64,000 nt of DNA, from IMG/VR virus record IMGVR_UViG_3300018089_000001, positions 64,001-128,000 of that record. The stretch is one strand, 5' to 3'. Origin of the DNA: a virus. Its lineage: Duplodnaviria; Caudoviricetes. The position numbers and the translations under genes are program-made. Shown piece after piece: positions 25,448 to 34,524 of this stretch; position 1 is the stretch's first letter; each line of letters starts with the position of its first letter. The notes beneath the pieces were generated by a model. That model was not told where the DNA came from and searched no databases. It saw only the letters and a program-made list of their open reading frames with translations.

Positions 25448-26539
25448 TCAGCCGTTCACCAGGCCGGCCAGCTGCTTCCAGCGGCTGAAGCCTGACTCGT
25501 TGCCTCCGCCCCTGTCCGCCGACTCACGGAGGACTTGGTTGGGGGGGGTGGTCCCGCCGGGACGGCGGACCTTCTGGGCATCGGCGCGGGGCGCGCGGCG
25601 CGTGGACTCGCTGATCGCGCCGGCGGCGCGGAACGAGTTCTGCAGCACGGTGTAGATGTTCTTCACCTCCTTCACCGTGGTGCCGCGGTCGATGCTCTCG
25701 ATGACGGACTGCTTCTGCTCGCGCGTCAGCCGCCCGTGCTGGCTCATGAACTTGTTGACGTGGAGGATCTTGCTGTTCAGGAGGTTCATCTCCGACAGCT
25801 TGCCCGTGAGGGCCTTGACCATCTCGGTGAGCTTGGCGTTCTGGGCCGCGAGGGCCTTGTTCTCCGCCATGCCGCGCCGGATCAGGGGGCGCAGCTGCTC
25901 GACCGTCCACTTCTTCTTGGCGGGAGGGGTCTCGTCCTCCCAGTTGTGCTCGCCGGACTTGAGGTCCTCGAGCGACCCCTCCTCGGTGGTGGAGTTGTAC
26001 TTGGCGCCCGCGCCGAGCTCGTGGGGCTTCGCCACGGTGCCGAAGCCCTTCTTGACGTCGACCTCGAGCTGGAGGGCCTCCTGGTAGACCGCGGCCAGCT
26101 CGGCCTCGCTCAGCTCCAGGGTCTCGTCCATGCCGTCATCGTCGTCGTCCTTGGCCTCGTTGGCGACCCCGCCGGCCTCGCCGACCTGCTCGCCCTCGTC
26201 GGCCATGCCGTAGCCGTCGCCCTCGGCGACGTCGGCGACCTCGTTGACCCCCGGGAAGAGGGAGGCCACCGACTCGTTCCTGTCCTTGTCCTTGCTCATG
26301 TCCTTATCCTCTTCGAAGCTGCTGATGCCGTCATAGCCGTCAGCGGCCTGCCGCATCCTATTGACGCCCTCGCCGCGAAGGGCGGCGACGTCCTGCCCGA
26401 GCGCGCCGCGACGCATCTGCCCGTCGATGATCGCCTGGATCGCAGGCGTGAGCTGCTCGAAGAGCTCGTTCTTGGCAGCGTCGACCGCGAGGCGGGCGAC
26501 GGCTTTGGACTCATTCACAGCGTTCCTGACGATGCTCAT
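25448..26539 (-). CDS. Prohead scaffolding protein (gp22-like)
   Basis: Acidic and coiled-coil; LSEMNLLNSKIL; ends RWKQLAGL; directly upstream of the capsid gene. Confidence 0.8.
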   Translation of the reverse strand: MSIVRNAVNESKAVARLAVDAAKNELFEQLTPAIQAIIDGQMRRGALGQDVAALRGEGVNRMRQAADGYDGISSFEEDKDMSKDKDRNESVASLFPGVNEVADVAEGDGYGMADEGEQVGEAGGVANEAKDDDDDGMDETLELSEAELAAVYQEALQLEVDVKKGFGTVAKPHELGAGAKYNSTTEEGSLEDLKSGEHNWEDETPPAKKKWTVEQLRPLIRRGMAENKALAAQNAKLTEMVKALTGKLSEMNLLNSKILHVNKFMSQHGRLTREQKQSVIESIDRGTTVKEVKNIYTVLQNSFRAAGAISESTRRAPRADAQKVRRPGGTTPPNQVLRESADRGGGNESGFSRWKQLAGLVNG

Positions 26540-26551
26540 TGGACTTGTGCC

Positions 26552-26770
26552 TTAAAAAGTGGGCCCCCGACTTTTCCGCCCAACGGACAGCTTTCTCATC
26601 CTGCGGGCCTGCGAGGGCTTCACATACCCCCGTCGGGCGCGGAGCTCGGCCTCGATGCCCTCCTCCCGGAACCTCCGGGAGAACCGACGGAGCATCCGCT
26701 CGAACGACCAGTCGCACTCCTCGGCCGTGACCTCGACGGGTCGGAACGGCTTAACGGCGGCCGGAGACAC
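26552..26770 (-). CDS. rpsU: Phage-encoded ribosomal protein bS21
   Basis: SFERMLRRFSRRFREEGIEAELRARRGYVKPSQARRMRK, the bS21 signature. Confidence 0.88.
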   Translation of the reverse strand: MSPAAVKPFRPVEVTAEECDWSFERMLRRFSRRFREEGIEAELRARRGYVKPSQARRMRKLSVGRKSRGPTF

Positions 26771-27266
26771 GGACCTCCTCGTCGACGATCATCCCGACCA
26801 GCTTGCGGACCGCCGTCTCGGCGTAGAAGCGTCGGGCCTCCGTGGGACCCGCCTGGTACTGGCGGGCGATCCGCTGGGCCTGCTCGGGTGGGACCCCGTT
26901 CATGATCATGATGTTCAGGAGTCGATTGTCAGTCCCCGCGCCCCCCTCGTCGCCGGTGGTGGGGGCGGGAGCCCGTGGGGCCGGGCTCCTCAACGGGATG
27001 GCCCGGCCGCCCCTCGACTCGGAGGTCCAGGCGCCGAAGTTGGCGGCGCCCTGGCGCTTCACGCGGTTCCTCCTCCCGAGGGGCTTCGACATGTCGAGCG
27101 GCTTGGAGTGGGCGTATCCGGGTAGGGCCCGGACCTGCCGGTCCCGCTGGGCAACCACGGACTCCTCGGAGCGCTCCGCGGGGAGCCTGGCCTTCTTGGC
27201 CTCCCGTACGGTCTGGCGGACGGCCTGGGCCACCATGTCCCTCAGTTCAACGATGCTCAGCTTCAT
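26751..27266 (-). CDS. Hypothetical prohead/internal protein
   Basis: MKLSIVELRDMVAQAVRQTVREA and a C-terminal VRKLVGMIVDEEV helix. Confidence 0.65.
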   Translation of the reverse strand: MKLSIVELRDMVAQAVRQTVREAKKARLPAERSEESVVAQRDRQVRALPGYAHSKPLDMSKPLGRRNRVKRQGAANFGAWTSESRGGRAIPLRSPAPRAPAPTTGDEGGAGTDNRLLNIMIMNGVPPEQAQRIARQYQAGPTEARRFYAETAVRKLVGMIVDEEVRVSGRR

Positions 27267-27832
27267 AGCGTCTCCGGGTCGTCCTCGGCTCCCGGGGCGA
27301 ACACGTGGTCCTCCCCGTCGTCATCAGCGGTAAGAATGTCGCCGGCGCACCCGTCATCAGAACCGTCGTCGCTTTCCGCTCCCAGGACGATCGATAGCAG
27401 CTGCGAGAGGGGGACGGCGACGACGGGTCCGTCGAACATGGACCTGAAGGTGTGGTTGAGGTCGTCCATGTCGACCTCGTCGTCCTCGCCCATCCTTCCA
27501 TGGGATCCGTAGCCGAGGGCCATGGCGTCGTCGGCCTGGTCCCCCGGACCATAAGGGGCGGACACGTCCTCGGCCACCTCGCTGGTGAGGTTCCAGGGGT
27601 CCTTCGGCTGCCAGTCGGACGGCCTCAGCTTCTTTGGGACCGGCGGGGCGCTGCGCGCGCCGCTCTGGTAGGCCGCTCCGCCCATGTCCGTCCCCACGGC
27701 CTTGCCGTAGGAGACGGGCTGGTCATACGGGAAGTCCGCCGGCCGGGCCTGCGTCTGTTGCCGCTTCCGGTCGTTCGGGTCCAGCGGGTCCGGACGCGTA
27801 AACGCGGTGGTGTAGCCAGACGGTCCGGGCAT
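27263..27832 (-). CDS. Hypothetical protein
   Basis: 189 aa, coupled ORF in the head module. Confidence 0.55.
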   Translation of the reverse strand: MPGPSGYTTAFTRPDPLDPNDRKRQQTQARPADFPYDQPVSYGKAVGTDMGGAAYQSGARSAPPVPKKLRPSDWQPKDPWNLTSEVAEDVSAPYGPGDQADDAMALGYGSHGRMGEDDEVDMDDLNHTFRSMFDGPVVAVPLSQLLSIVLGAESDDGSDDGCAGDILTADDDGEDHVFAPGAEDDPETL

Positions 27833-27833
27833 C

Positions 27834-28535
27834 TCACTCGAGGACGGGCTTCCCGTCGTTCAGGCGCTCACGCATCCGCTTGAGGCGGAGGTTCTCGAAG
27901 GCCGCGCGGGCCTTGGCGTCCTCCGAGTCGGAGGCCTTCGGGGCGGAGGTCCGCTCGATGACCTGGCGCATCTTCGAGAAGTCCATGCCGGCCCGCCTGG
28001 CGGCGCCGACCACGTCGGGGACCTCGGAGATCGCCCCGGCCCCCGTGGGGATCGAGTCGTGTTCCTCGCCCCACATCTCCCCCCCGTCGTCGTCCGGGAT
28101 GACGAGTCCCTCGGCCATGGCCTGGAGCGACGGATCGAGGGACGCCAACCGACGGGCCACCGCGGGCTGTGGAACCGGTGGATCGGATTCGCGGTCATCG
28201 GACTCGGGTGGCGAGGCGACGGGGCGCGGCGTCCTGGACTCATACTGCTCGTATGCGTCCGCCCCGACGGAGTCGTCGAGGAACTCGTTCAGGTCCATCC
28301 GTCGGGGCGGACGCGGCCCGCGGACGGGCCGCGTCTCCCGGGCCTCGACTGTCCGGACGGGGCGCCGCTTGGGGCCCTTCCTCCGTCGCACGGGACGGGC
28401 GACGGCCTCCGCGAGGACTCCGGAGTCGACGAGGGTCCTGACGAGGATCTCGTTCATGACCTTGGGGAGGATCCGCCGGATGGCGGACTCCACGAGGCGG
28501 TCGATCACTGCCTGCAGCTTGGTCTCAGTTGGCAT
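27834..28535 (-). CDS. Hypothetical prohead protein
   Basis: MPTETKLQAVIDRLVESAIRRIL; coupled. Confidence 0.6.
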   Translation of the reverse strand: MPTETKLQAVIDRLVESAIRRILPKVMNEILVRTLVDSGVLAEAVARPVRRRKGPKRRPVRTVEARETRPVRGPRPPRRMDLNEFLDDSVGADAYEQYESRTPRPVASPPESDDRESDPPVPQPAVARRLASLDPSLQAMAEGLVIPDDDGGEMWGEEHDSIPTGAGAISEVPDVVGAARRAGMDFSKMRQVIERTSAPKASDSEDAKARAAFENLRLKRMRERLNDGKPVLE

Positions 28536-28930
28536 CAGACACCGGCCATTTCGAACTCATCATCGGGATCAAAGCCGTGCTGGAACAAAAACTTCTTGAC
28601 AGCCTCTCTCGGACCAGACACGGTGATGTCCGCGAATCCCTCGTCGTCAGTGGAATTCACCGTGACGGTAATGCCGCCGGCCGCGGCCTGATCGATCTCA
28701 TCTTGGCTCGGCGGATTCTCCCAGTCCATATTCGGAACGGTGACCTCGCCGCTCACGAGAGGCTCATCATGGACGCCCCAGTCCTGAGCAGTGGTCCCGA
28801 CTGTGCCCTTCGGGGGCCCACCGCGTTTCATCTGAAGCGGTTCACCGGACTTGGGATTCCAGAACTTCTCGTCCGGGAACCGGGCCTCGCGCGGGAGGAA
28901 GGCCTCGTAGAGGAACCTGAGGGAGTTCAC
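28535..28930 (-). CDS. Hypothetical, possible internal head protein (131 aa)
   Basis: GTG 28930 overlaps the protease stop; MNSLRFLYEAFL; lower GC. Confidence 0.6.
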   Translation of the reverse strand: MNSLRFLYEAFLPREARFPDEKFWNPKSGEPLQMKRGGPPKGTVGTTAQDWGVHDEPLVSGEVTVPNMDWENPPSQDEIDQAAAGGITVTVNSTDDEGFADITVSGPREAVKKFLFQHGFDPDDEFEMAGV

Positions 28931-29529
28931 TGGACTCCCTTCAGGGCATTGAGCGCCCGGTTGATCCGGTCGGCCCGCGGCAGTGACATGCGCGCACCCC
29001 GCTCCACCGACTCGCCGAGGTTCATGAAGGCCCCGTGGGTGCTCGGCTCCTGCACGAGGTCGAAGCAGACGAGGGTGAAGTCGTCCTGCACGATGTCCAG
29101 GCCGCTCTCGTTGGTGCTTGTCGAGCCGACGCCGCGGCTCGAGATGCCGAGGACGATCCCGCTGTCGATCAGGGTCTCGGCGATCTTGCCCATGGGGGTC
29201 GGGAGGATCTCGATGCGACCCATCCAGGTGTCGCCGTCCCAGCACATCTCGCGGACCACGTGGGAGGCCCGCTCCAGGGAGACCGTGGAGGTCTCCGGGT
29301 GGTCGAGCTCGCCGATGGCGCGGCCCTCGCGAACGACCTTCTCGAGGTTCGTGTACTCCCGCTGGAGGAGGCGCCGCGGGTAGATCCGCTTGTTCTGGTT
29401 GGGCGCCTCGCAGCGCTGCATGGGCCCCTTGAGGAACAGGCGACCCGAGTTAGCGTCACGGGACTCCACCACGAAGCCCGTCTCGGGCTTCAGGGGCATC
29501 CACTCGCGTAGCAGCTTCCTTGAGTTCAT
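28927..29529 (-). CDS. gp21: Prohead protease (T4 gp21-like)
   Basis: NQNKRIYP, AIGELDHP, SHVV, TPMGKI, GISSRGVGS, FDLVQEPSTHGA. Confidence 0.95.
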   Translation of the reverse strand: MNSRKLLREWMPLKPETGFVVESRDANSGRLFLKGPMQRCEAPNQNKRIYPRRLLQREYTNLEKVVREGRAIGELDHPETSTVSLERASHVVREMCWDGDTWMGRIEILPTPMGKIAETLIDSGIVLGISSRGVGSTSTNESGLDIVQDDFTLVCFDLVQEPSTHGAFMNLGESVERGARMSLPRADRINRALNALKGVQ

Positions 29530-29774
29530 CGCTGCTCCAGGTAGGGGGTGATGTCGACTAGGAATTGGTTGATCGTCCGGTTCAGGGCCTGGTTGTCCTC
29601 GGAGGCCATGGCCCTCCTGAGGAGGTCCTCGACCTGACGGAGCGTCTGCTTGAGCGGCGTGCTGCCGGCCGGTAGGCCGGATCTGGTCCGGACAGACATG
29701 CTCGCCTGCGTCCCGACCTGCGGGGCGAATGGCGTCGCCTCGCGGATCGCGAAGATCCGTGCGAGGCAGGACAT
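29526..29774 (-). CDS. Hypothetical protein (82 aa)
   Basis: MSCLARIFAIREA; coupled at both ends. Confidence 0.55.
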   Translation of the reverse strand: MSCLARIFAIREATPFAPQVGTQASMSVRTRSGLPAGSTPLKQTLRQVEDLLRRAMASEDNQALNRTINQFLVDITPYLEQR

Positions 29775-30067
29775 CAGCCCCCCTCGCCCATCCACTTGTT
29801 CAGGTCGAGGAGGAACCGGTGGACGACCTGCTTGAGGTCAGGGTCGCCCTCCTGGCTCTGCGCCAGCTCGTGGCACATCCTCTCGATCTGCTGCAGCTTC
29901 TTCGCGTCCGCCGCCGGGAGGGTCTGCAGGCGGTTGACCTCCTGCGGCTTCTGTCCCTGCATCATGCTCGGGGCGGCCCCCGGCAGCGGCCCGAGCTCAC
30001 TCGGGTCCTTGAAGGTGGTCCCCCTCTCGACGAGGAAGAAATTCTCGAGCTTGATACGTCCCATCAT
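29774..30067 (-). CDS. Hypothetical protein (97 aa)
   Basis: MMGRIKLENFFLVE; coupled. Confidence 0.55.
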   Translation of the reverse strand: MMGRIKLENFFLVERGTTFKDPSELGPLPGAAPSMMQGQKPQEVNRLQTLPAADAKKLQQIERMCHELAQSQEGDPDLKQVVHRFLLDLNKWMGEGG

Positions 30068-31686
30068 TCCTCCGGATCATCACTAAGAAGCTGCCTCGCG
30101 AGATGCTGCTCGACATCCGACATTCCGTCGAGCCGCTTCCGGAGCTTCGCGTGCATGTCGTCCATGTGTCGGTCGCGGGCGGCCCAGGCCTTCCGGGCCA
30201 ACGTGATCCGCGGCAGGTCACGCTCGTAGGCCATCAGGCTGTCCCGCAGCTTCCGAGCGACCTCGGGGTCGAGCTCGTTGAGCTGCCGACGTGACCCGTC
30301 GTCCATCTCGATCCGCACGTGTCCGCCGTCGACATAGAGGCCCACCGGGCCGACCTGCACCCCCCCGACGTCGAGGGTGATGGGTAGGGTCACGTGGCCC
30401 CTGTCAACGTCCCGTGAGACGTCACCGGGGTGGACGGTCGCCATGCCGCGGAGTATTCCGGAAAGGGCGCGCCGAGCGGCGCCCAGCGACGCGATGGAGG
30501 CCTTCTCCATGTTCCGGTGGTGCGCGGCGAGCTTCCTGTCTGATGCCACGTGGTCCGGATGCATTCCGGAGATCCGCTCGTCCCACGGCGAGCCCGGCAG
30601 CTCCTCGTCATGGAAAAGCGTCTCTAGGATGCCCCTGGTCAGGGCGTCCATGGCCTCCCGCTTGGCCTTGCGGCGGTCACGTGCGGGTGCACCGGACTTC
30701 CGGGGCTTCTTACGGCCGCTCAGGTCGCCTTTCTCGGCGCGGGCACGGGCCTTCGGGTCCTTCCGGAGCTTGTCGACCCTCTTGCGCGCTCGCTTCAGCT
30801 CATCGGTGTCCTTCGGTGGGTTGCGAGCGAGTTCGGCGGCCTTCGCGGCGGCCCTCGTCGGGAACTCCCCGAGCTTCCTCGGCTTCTTCTTCTTCCCCTG
30901 GTTAGGGGCGTAGAGCACGTAGCCGCCGCCGCCCCTCTTCTTACGGACGATCTCGAGCATGGTCCGGAAGACTCGCTCGGAGAGCTCGTCCTCGTTGGCC
31001 TCGGGATGCGGCATCTGGAAGCCGATGAGGGATCCGCCGGCTGTGGCGCCCTCCTCACGTCTCGGATCGTCGTCGACGTAGGTCGGCGGCTCGGCGATGT
31101 CGTCGTCATCGTCGGGGGGCCGCGGCGTCGGCTTCGGTCGGCCGGCCCGGACGTTCGCCGTGTCGATGGCGTCGGGCTGCCCCGTGACCTCCGTGCCGTT
31201 GCGACCGGTGCCCCTGGCGAACGGCGTCGTGTCAAGCTCTGGATTGGCGGTCCAGCGGCGACCGCGGCCCTTCGATTGAAAGACCGCCGGGGCCGAGCCG
31301 GCCGGCGCAGGGGATGGGAAGTCCTGCATCCCGTGCTCAGGCGAGCTGGCGGTGACGACGAGGTCCGTGAGGTGGGCGGGGTTGGTGGAAAGGAACATCC
31401 CCTTCAGGCTCGGGTTCGCGGAGAGCACGTGACGCTTCGCGTCGATCGGGGTGTTACCCGGGACGTTGGGGAAGACCTGGCCCGTGATCCTGTTCGTCAC
31501 GGTCCAGACCTGATTCTCGTACTCCTCCTTCACACCCGGGAGCTTACCGCGGGTGGAGCCGCCCCTCGCCCTGATCGGGACGGGGGGCGGGCGCTTCGGA
31601 TTGGCCGGAGTGGCCTGAGCGGGCTCGACGTCACTCTGGTCCCAGTCCATGGGGCCCTCGGCGATGCGGTTCCAGGCGGATTTCAC
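30064..31686 (-). CDS. Multi-segment hypothetical head protein
   Basis: 540 aa; basic IVRKKRGGGGYVLY..KLGEFPTRAAA segment; several LxE sites. Confidence 0.6.
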   Translation of the reverse strand: MKSAWNRIAEGPMDWDQSDVEPAQATPANPKRPPPVPIRARGGSTRGKLPGVKEEYENQVWTVTNRITGQVFPNVPGNTPIDAKRHVLSANPSLKGMFLSTNPAHLTDLVVTASSPEHGMQDFPSPAPAGSAPAVFQSKGRGRRWTANPELDTTPFARGTGRNGTEVTGQPDAIDTANVRAGRPKPTPRPPDDDDDIAEPPTYVDDDPRREEGATAGGSLIGFQMPHPEANEDELSERVFRTMLEIVRKKRGGGGYVLYAPNQGKKKKPRKLGEFPTRAAAKAAELARNPPKDTDELKRARKRVDKLRKDPKARARAEKGDLSGRKKPRKSGAPARDRRKAKREAMDALTRGILETLFHDEELPGSPWDERISGMHPDHVASDRKLAAHHRNMEKASIASLGAARRALSGILRGMATVHPGDVSRDVDRGHVTLPITLDVGGVQVGPVGLYVDGGHVRIEMDDGSRRQLNELDPEVARKLRDSLMAYERDLPRITLARKAWAARDRHMDDMHAKLRKRLDGMSDVEQHLARQLLSDDPEE

Positions 31687-32531
31687 GATTCGATCTCGCG
31701 TTGAAGATTGTGGTAGAGCATCAGGCGTTCGACTGACTCGTCGTCAGGCCGCGCGGGAAGCGAGTCGAGTCCCGCGAGGGCCTCGTCCAGGCGGGCGGCC
31801 ATGTCCGGATCGGTGGCGAAGACCTCGTCGGAGCGCCTGGCGCGGAGGACCTCGCGGAGGGACCTCCTCTGGCGCTCGAAGGTCCTCTCGAAGGGCGCCG
31901 GGTTGCCCCCGAGGGACACCCGGACGTACTCGCGGAGCAACTCGCTCTGCGGCGCGGTCAGCTCGCGGCCGACCTCCCTCTCAAAGAGCGTGAGGGCGGT
32001 GCGGTAGGCATACAGCGTGGCCTCACGGTCGTAATGGGAGGCCCCCGTGGCCTCGCCCGTCATGTACGAGACGAGGTGCTCCTCGATCCGGGCCAGCTCG
32101 ATGCCCTCCTCGAGCCTCCCGCCGAGCCCCCGGGAGAGCAGGATGCCGATCGAGGCGTGGGCGGTGTAATCCGGGATGCGATAACGGTCGAAGACGTCCC
32201 TCCCGAGCGTCCGGTTCATCTCGTGGATGAGCTCCGACTTGGCCCGCTCGATCAGGCTGCGTCGGGAGTGGCTCCTGATCCCAGCGGCCTTCAGCTCGTC
32301 CACGATCCGACGGGCCAGCTCGCGGCTGACGCCCCTCGTCCCGATCACCTGGCGGTGGAGGGAGAGCTCCGGGTACAGCGGCCGGCCCTCGGAGAGGTGT
32401 TCGGAGATGATCGCAAGGGCCGCGGCGCCCCGGGAGGAGTCCCGAGCCACGGCGGCCTCGGCCACCTCGCGTGTCAGGAACTCGTAGACGAGTCCCAAGT
32501 TCCTCTTTTTATTATGAGACAGCTTCCGCAT
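31683..32531 (-). CDS. Portal-adjacent helical head assembly protein
   Basis: MRKLSHNKKRNLGLVYEFL; immediately after the portal gene. Confidence 0.65.
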   Translation of the reverse strand: MRKLSHNKKRNLGLVYEFLTREVAEAAVARDSSRGAAALAIISEHLSEGRPLYPELSLHRQVIGTRGVSRELARRIVDELKAAGIRSHSRRSLIERAKSELIHEMNRTLGRDVFDRYRIPDYTAHASIGILLSRGLGGRLEEGIELARIEEHLVSYMTGEATGASHYDREATLYAYRTALTLFEREVGRELTAPQSELLREYVRVSLGGNPAPFERTFERQRRSLREVLRARRSDEVFATDPDMAARLDEALAGLDSLPARPDDESVERLMLYHNLQREIES

Positions 32532-32559
32532 CCCAATTCCTCAACTCGTATCTATGAGC

Positions 32560-34506
32560 TCAATCGCTCAATCTGTTCGACTCACCCGGACCCGTTGCCC
32601 TACCTTTGCTACTGAATGCAGACCCTCCGCGGATGGCCCTTGGCTCAAACCCGTCGGTGATCCAGGCCGCGACCCGCTCGAGCATCCTCTCGACCTCGTC
32701 CACCTGGTCCATCCCCGGCATCTCCGGCTCCGAGTCCTCCGAGAAGGGCCTCGTGACGAGCCTCCGGGCGGCCCGGGAGTCGCTCGGGTCGGACGCCGTC
32801 TGCTTCTCGGTGCCGAACGAGAGCCTGAACTGGTCCTCGCCGGTCGAGAACATGTCCTTGCCGCGGTTGACGCCGATGCCGGACCTCACCCCGGTGCTCC
32901 CGGGGTTCCATCGCTCGCCCAGGATGGCGCCGGCGAGGCCCCTGGAGGCGTTCTGTGGAGGCGGAGGCGGGGCCCCGCCGGGGGGACCCCCGAGCGTGTC
33001 CGGAAGCTCCTCGGCCCCGGGCGCTGGCCCCTCGGGGACAGGACCGGCGCCGCCCTCGGGGGGAGGCTCCTGGCCAGGCGGGGGCTGCTCGATCGACATG
33101 AGGAGGGTGTCCTCCAGCTTGTCGATCCGCTTGCCCTCCTTGATCGCGGCGATCTGCTTGTCGTTCAGGCCGAAGATCTTGCGGTAGATGAAGCCGCGGT
33201 CGAAGACGCCCTCCTGGGCCATCCCGGCGACCTCGAGCTTCATCCGCCAGAGCTCCAGGCGCTGCTGGGCCGCGATCGTCGACGGGTTCGCCATCGAGAT
33301 CTCGAAGTTGACCAGGTCCTGGCCAGAATACCCGCAGAGGAAGAGGTGGATGATGGCGATCTTGTTCAGCTCAGCCACGAAGAGCGACTGGATGCGCTCG
33401 ATCGTCTTGGAGAACCGGACGTCCTCCTGGGCGAGGGTGGCCTTGGACCCGAGCTGGTCCTCATAGCCGAGGTACGCCCGCGGGATCTTGATGGCCGCGA
33501 ACATCTTCGACTGGATGTACTGGACGTCCTCGATGTCACCGGTGAACTGGCCGCCCGCGAGGGTGGAGATGTCGGACTTCTGCTCCCCGCGCTTCGGGAG
33601 GATGTAGTCCTCCTCGACGCTGAGCGGGTTGTAGCGGAGGTCCACGCGGCCCGTCTCCGGGTCCGTGATCGTGTTCCGCTTGAGCTGGGTCTTGACCTGC
33701 TCCATGAACGTGTCGATCTGCTCCGGCGGCGTGTTGCCGACCTCGATGTGGAACACCCGACGCTCCGGGGAGCGGACGATGCGGTAGACCAGCATCGCGT
33801 CCTCGATGAGGATGAGCTGGCGCCAGATCCGGCGGGCCGGCTCGAGGACCGAGGACCCGTAGGGCAGGTACGCGTCGTTCCCGAGCAGGCGGAAGTGGAC
33901 GACCTGCCAGTTCTCGAGGATCGTGTTGCCGCGGGTGAGCCAGCGGAACCGGACGGCCATCGGGTCGTTCGGGTCGTAGCCCTCCTCGCGCTCGATCTCG
34001 TTGATCGGGATGGGGTACAGGTTCAGGATGCCGTGCTCCTCGTCGGCATCGACGAAGAGGCAGAAGTCCCCGAACTTGCAGAAGTGGCGCATCCACGACC
34101 ACGCATTGAAGTTGAGGTTGATGACGTCGAAGAAGAGGGTCTCGAGGACCTCCTTGATCTCCGCGTTCCTCGACGTGATCTCCACGACGTTGCCGTCGTC
34201 GTTGCGGACGGTGGCCTCGTCGGCGTAGATGTCCAGAGCCCCATGCAGCTCGGGCGTGTACTCCATCTCGTTGTAATCGGAGTATCGGCTGAGGCGCTCG
34301 TAGTTGGCGTAGCTCGCCAGCGCACGGACATAGAGGGCCGAGAGCTCCTTCTTGAAGGCTTTCGCGGTCCCCTGCGGGCTCTGGAGCTTCTCGCCCGCGG
34401 CGATCTTGTGGCGGACGACGGGGCCGCTGCGGAAGAGGCGCGTGAGCCTCTTCCAGACGGTCTCCTGCGCCTGCCTCTGCTGCTCCAGGCGATCGGGCTC
34501 AGCCAT
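32560..34506 (-). CDS. gp20: Portal protein (T4 gp20-like)
   Basis: ALDIYADEAT, EDAMLVYRIVRSPERRVFHIEVGN, EEDYILPKRG, DIEDVQY, IPRAYL. Confidence 0.96.
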   Translation of the reverse strand: MAEPDRLEQQRQAQETVWKRLTRLFRSGPVVRHKIAAGEKLQSPQGTAKAFKKELSALYVRALASYANYERLSRYSDYNEMEYTPELHGALDIYADEATVRNDDGNVVEITSRNAEIKEVLETLFFDVINLNFNAWSWMRHFCKFGDFCLFVDADEEHGILNLYPIPINEIEREEGYDPNDPMAVRFRWLTRGNTILENWQVVHFRLLGNDAYLPYGSSVLEPARRIWRQLILIEDAMLVYRIVRSPERRVFHIEVGNTPPEQIDTFMEQVKTQLKRNTITDPETGRVDLRYNPLSVEEDYILPKRGEQKSDISTLAGGQFTGDIEDVQYIQSKMFAAIKIPRAYLGYEDQLGSKATLAQEDVRFSKTIERIQSLFVAELNKIAIIHLFLCGYSGQDLVNFEISMANPSTIAAQQRLELWRMKLEVAGMAQEGVFDRGFIYRKIFGLNDKQIAAIKEGKRIDKLEDTLLMSIEQPPPGQEPPPEGGAGPVPEGPAPGAEELPDTLGGPPGGAPPPPPQNASRGLAGAILGERWNPGSTGVRSGIGVNRGKDMFSTGEDQFRLSFGTEKQTASDPSDSRAARRLVTRPFSEDSEPEMPGMDQVDEVERMLERVAAWITDGFEPRAIRGGSAFSSKGRATGPGESNRLSD

Positions 34507-34524
34507 TTTCGGACTCCAAGGCGA

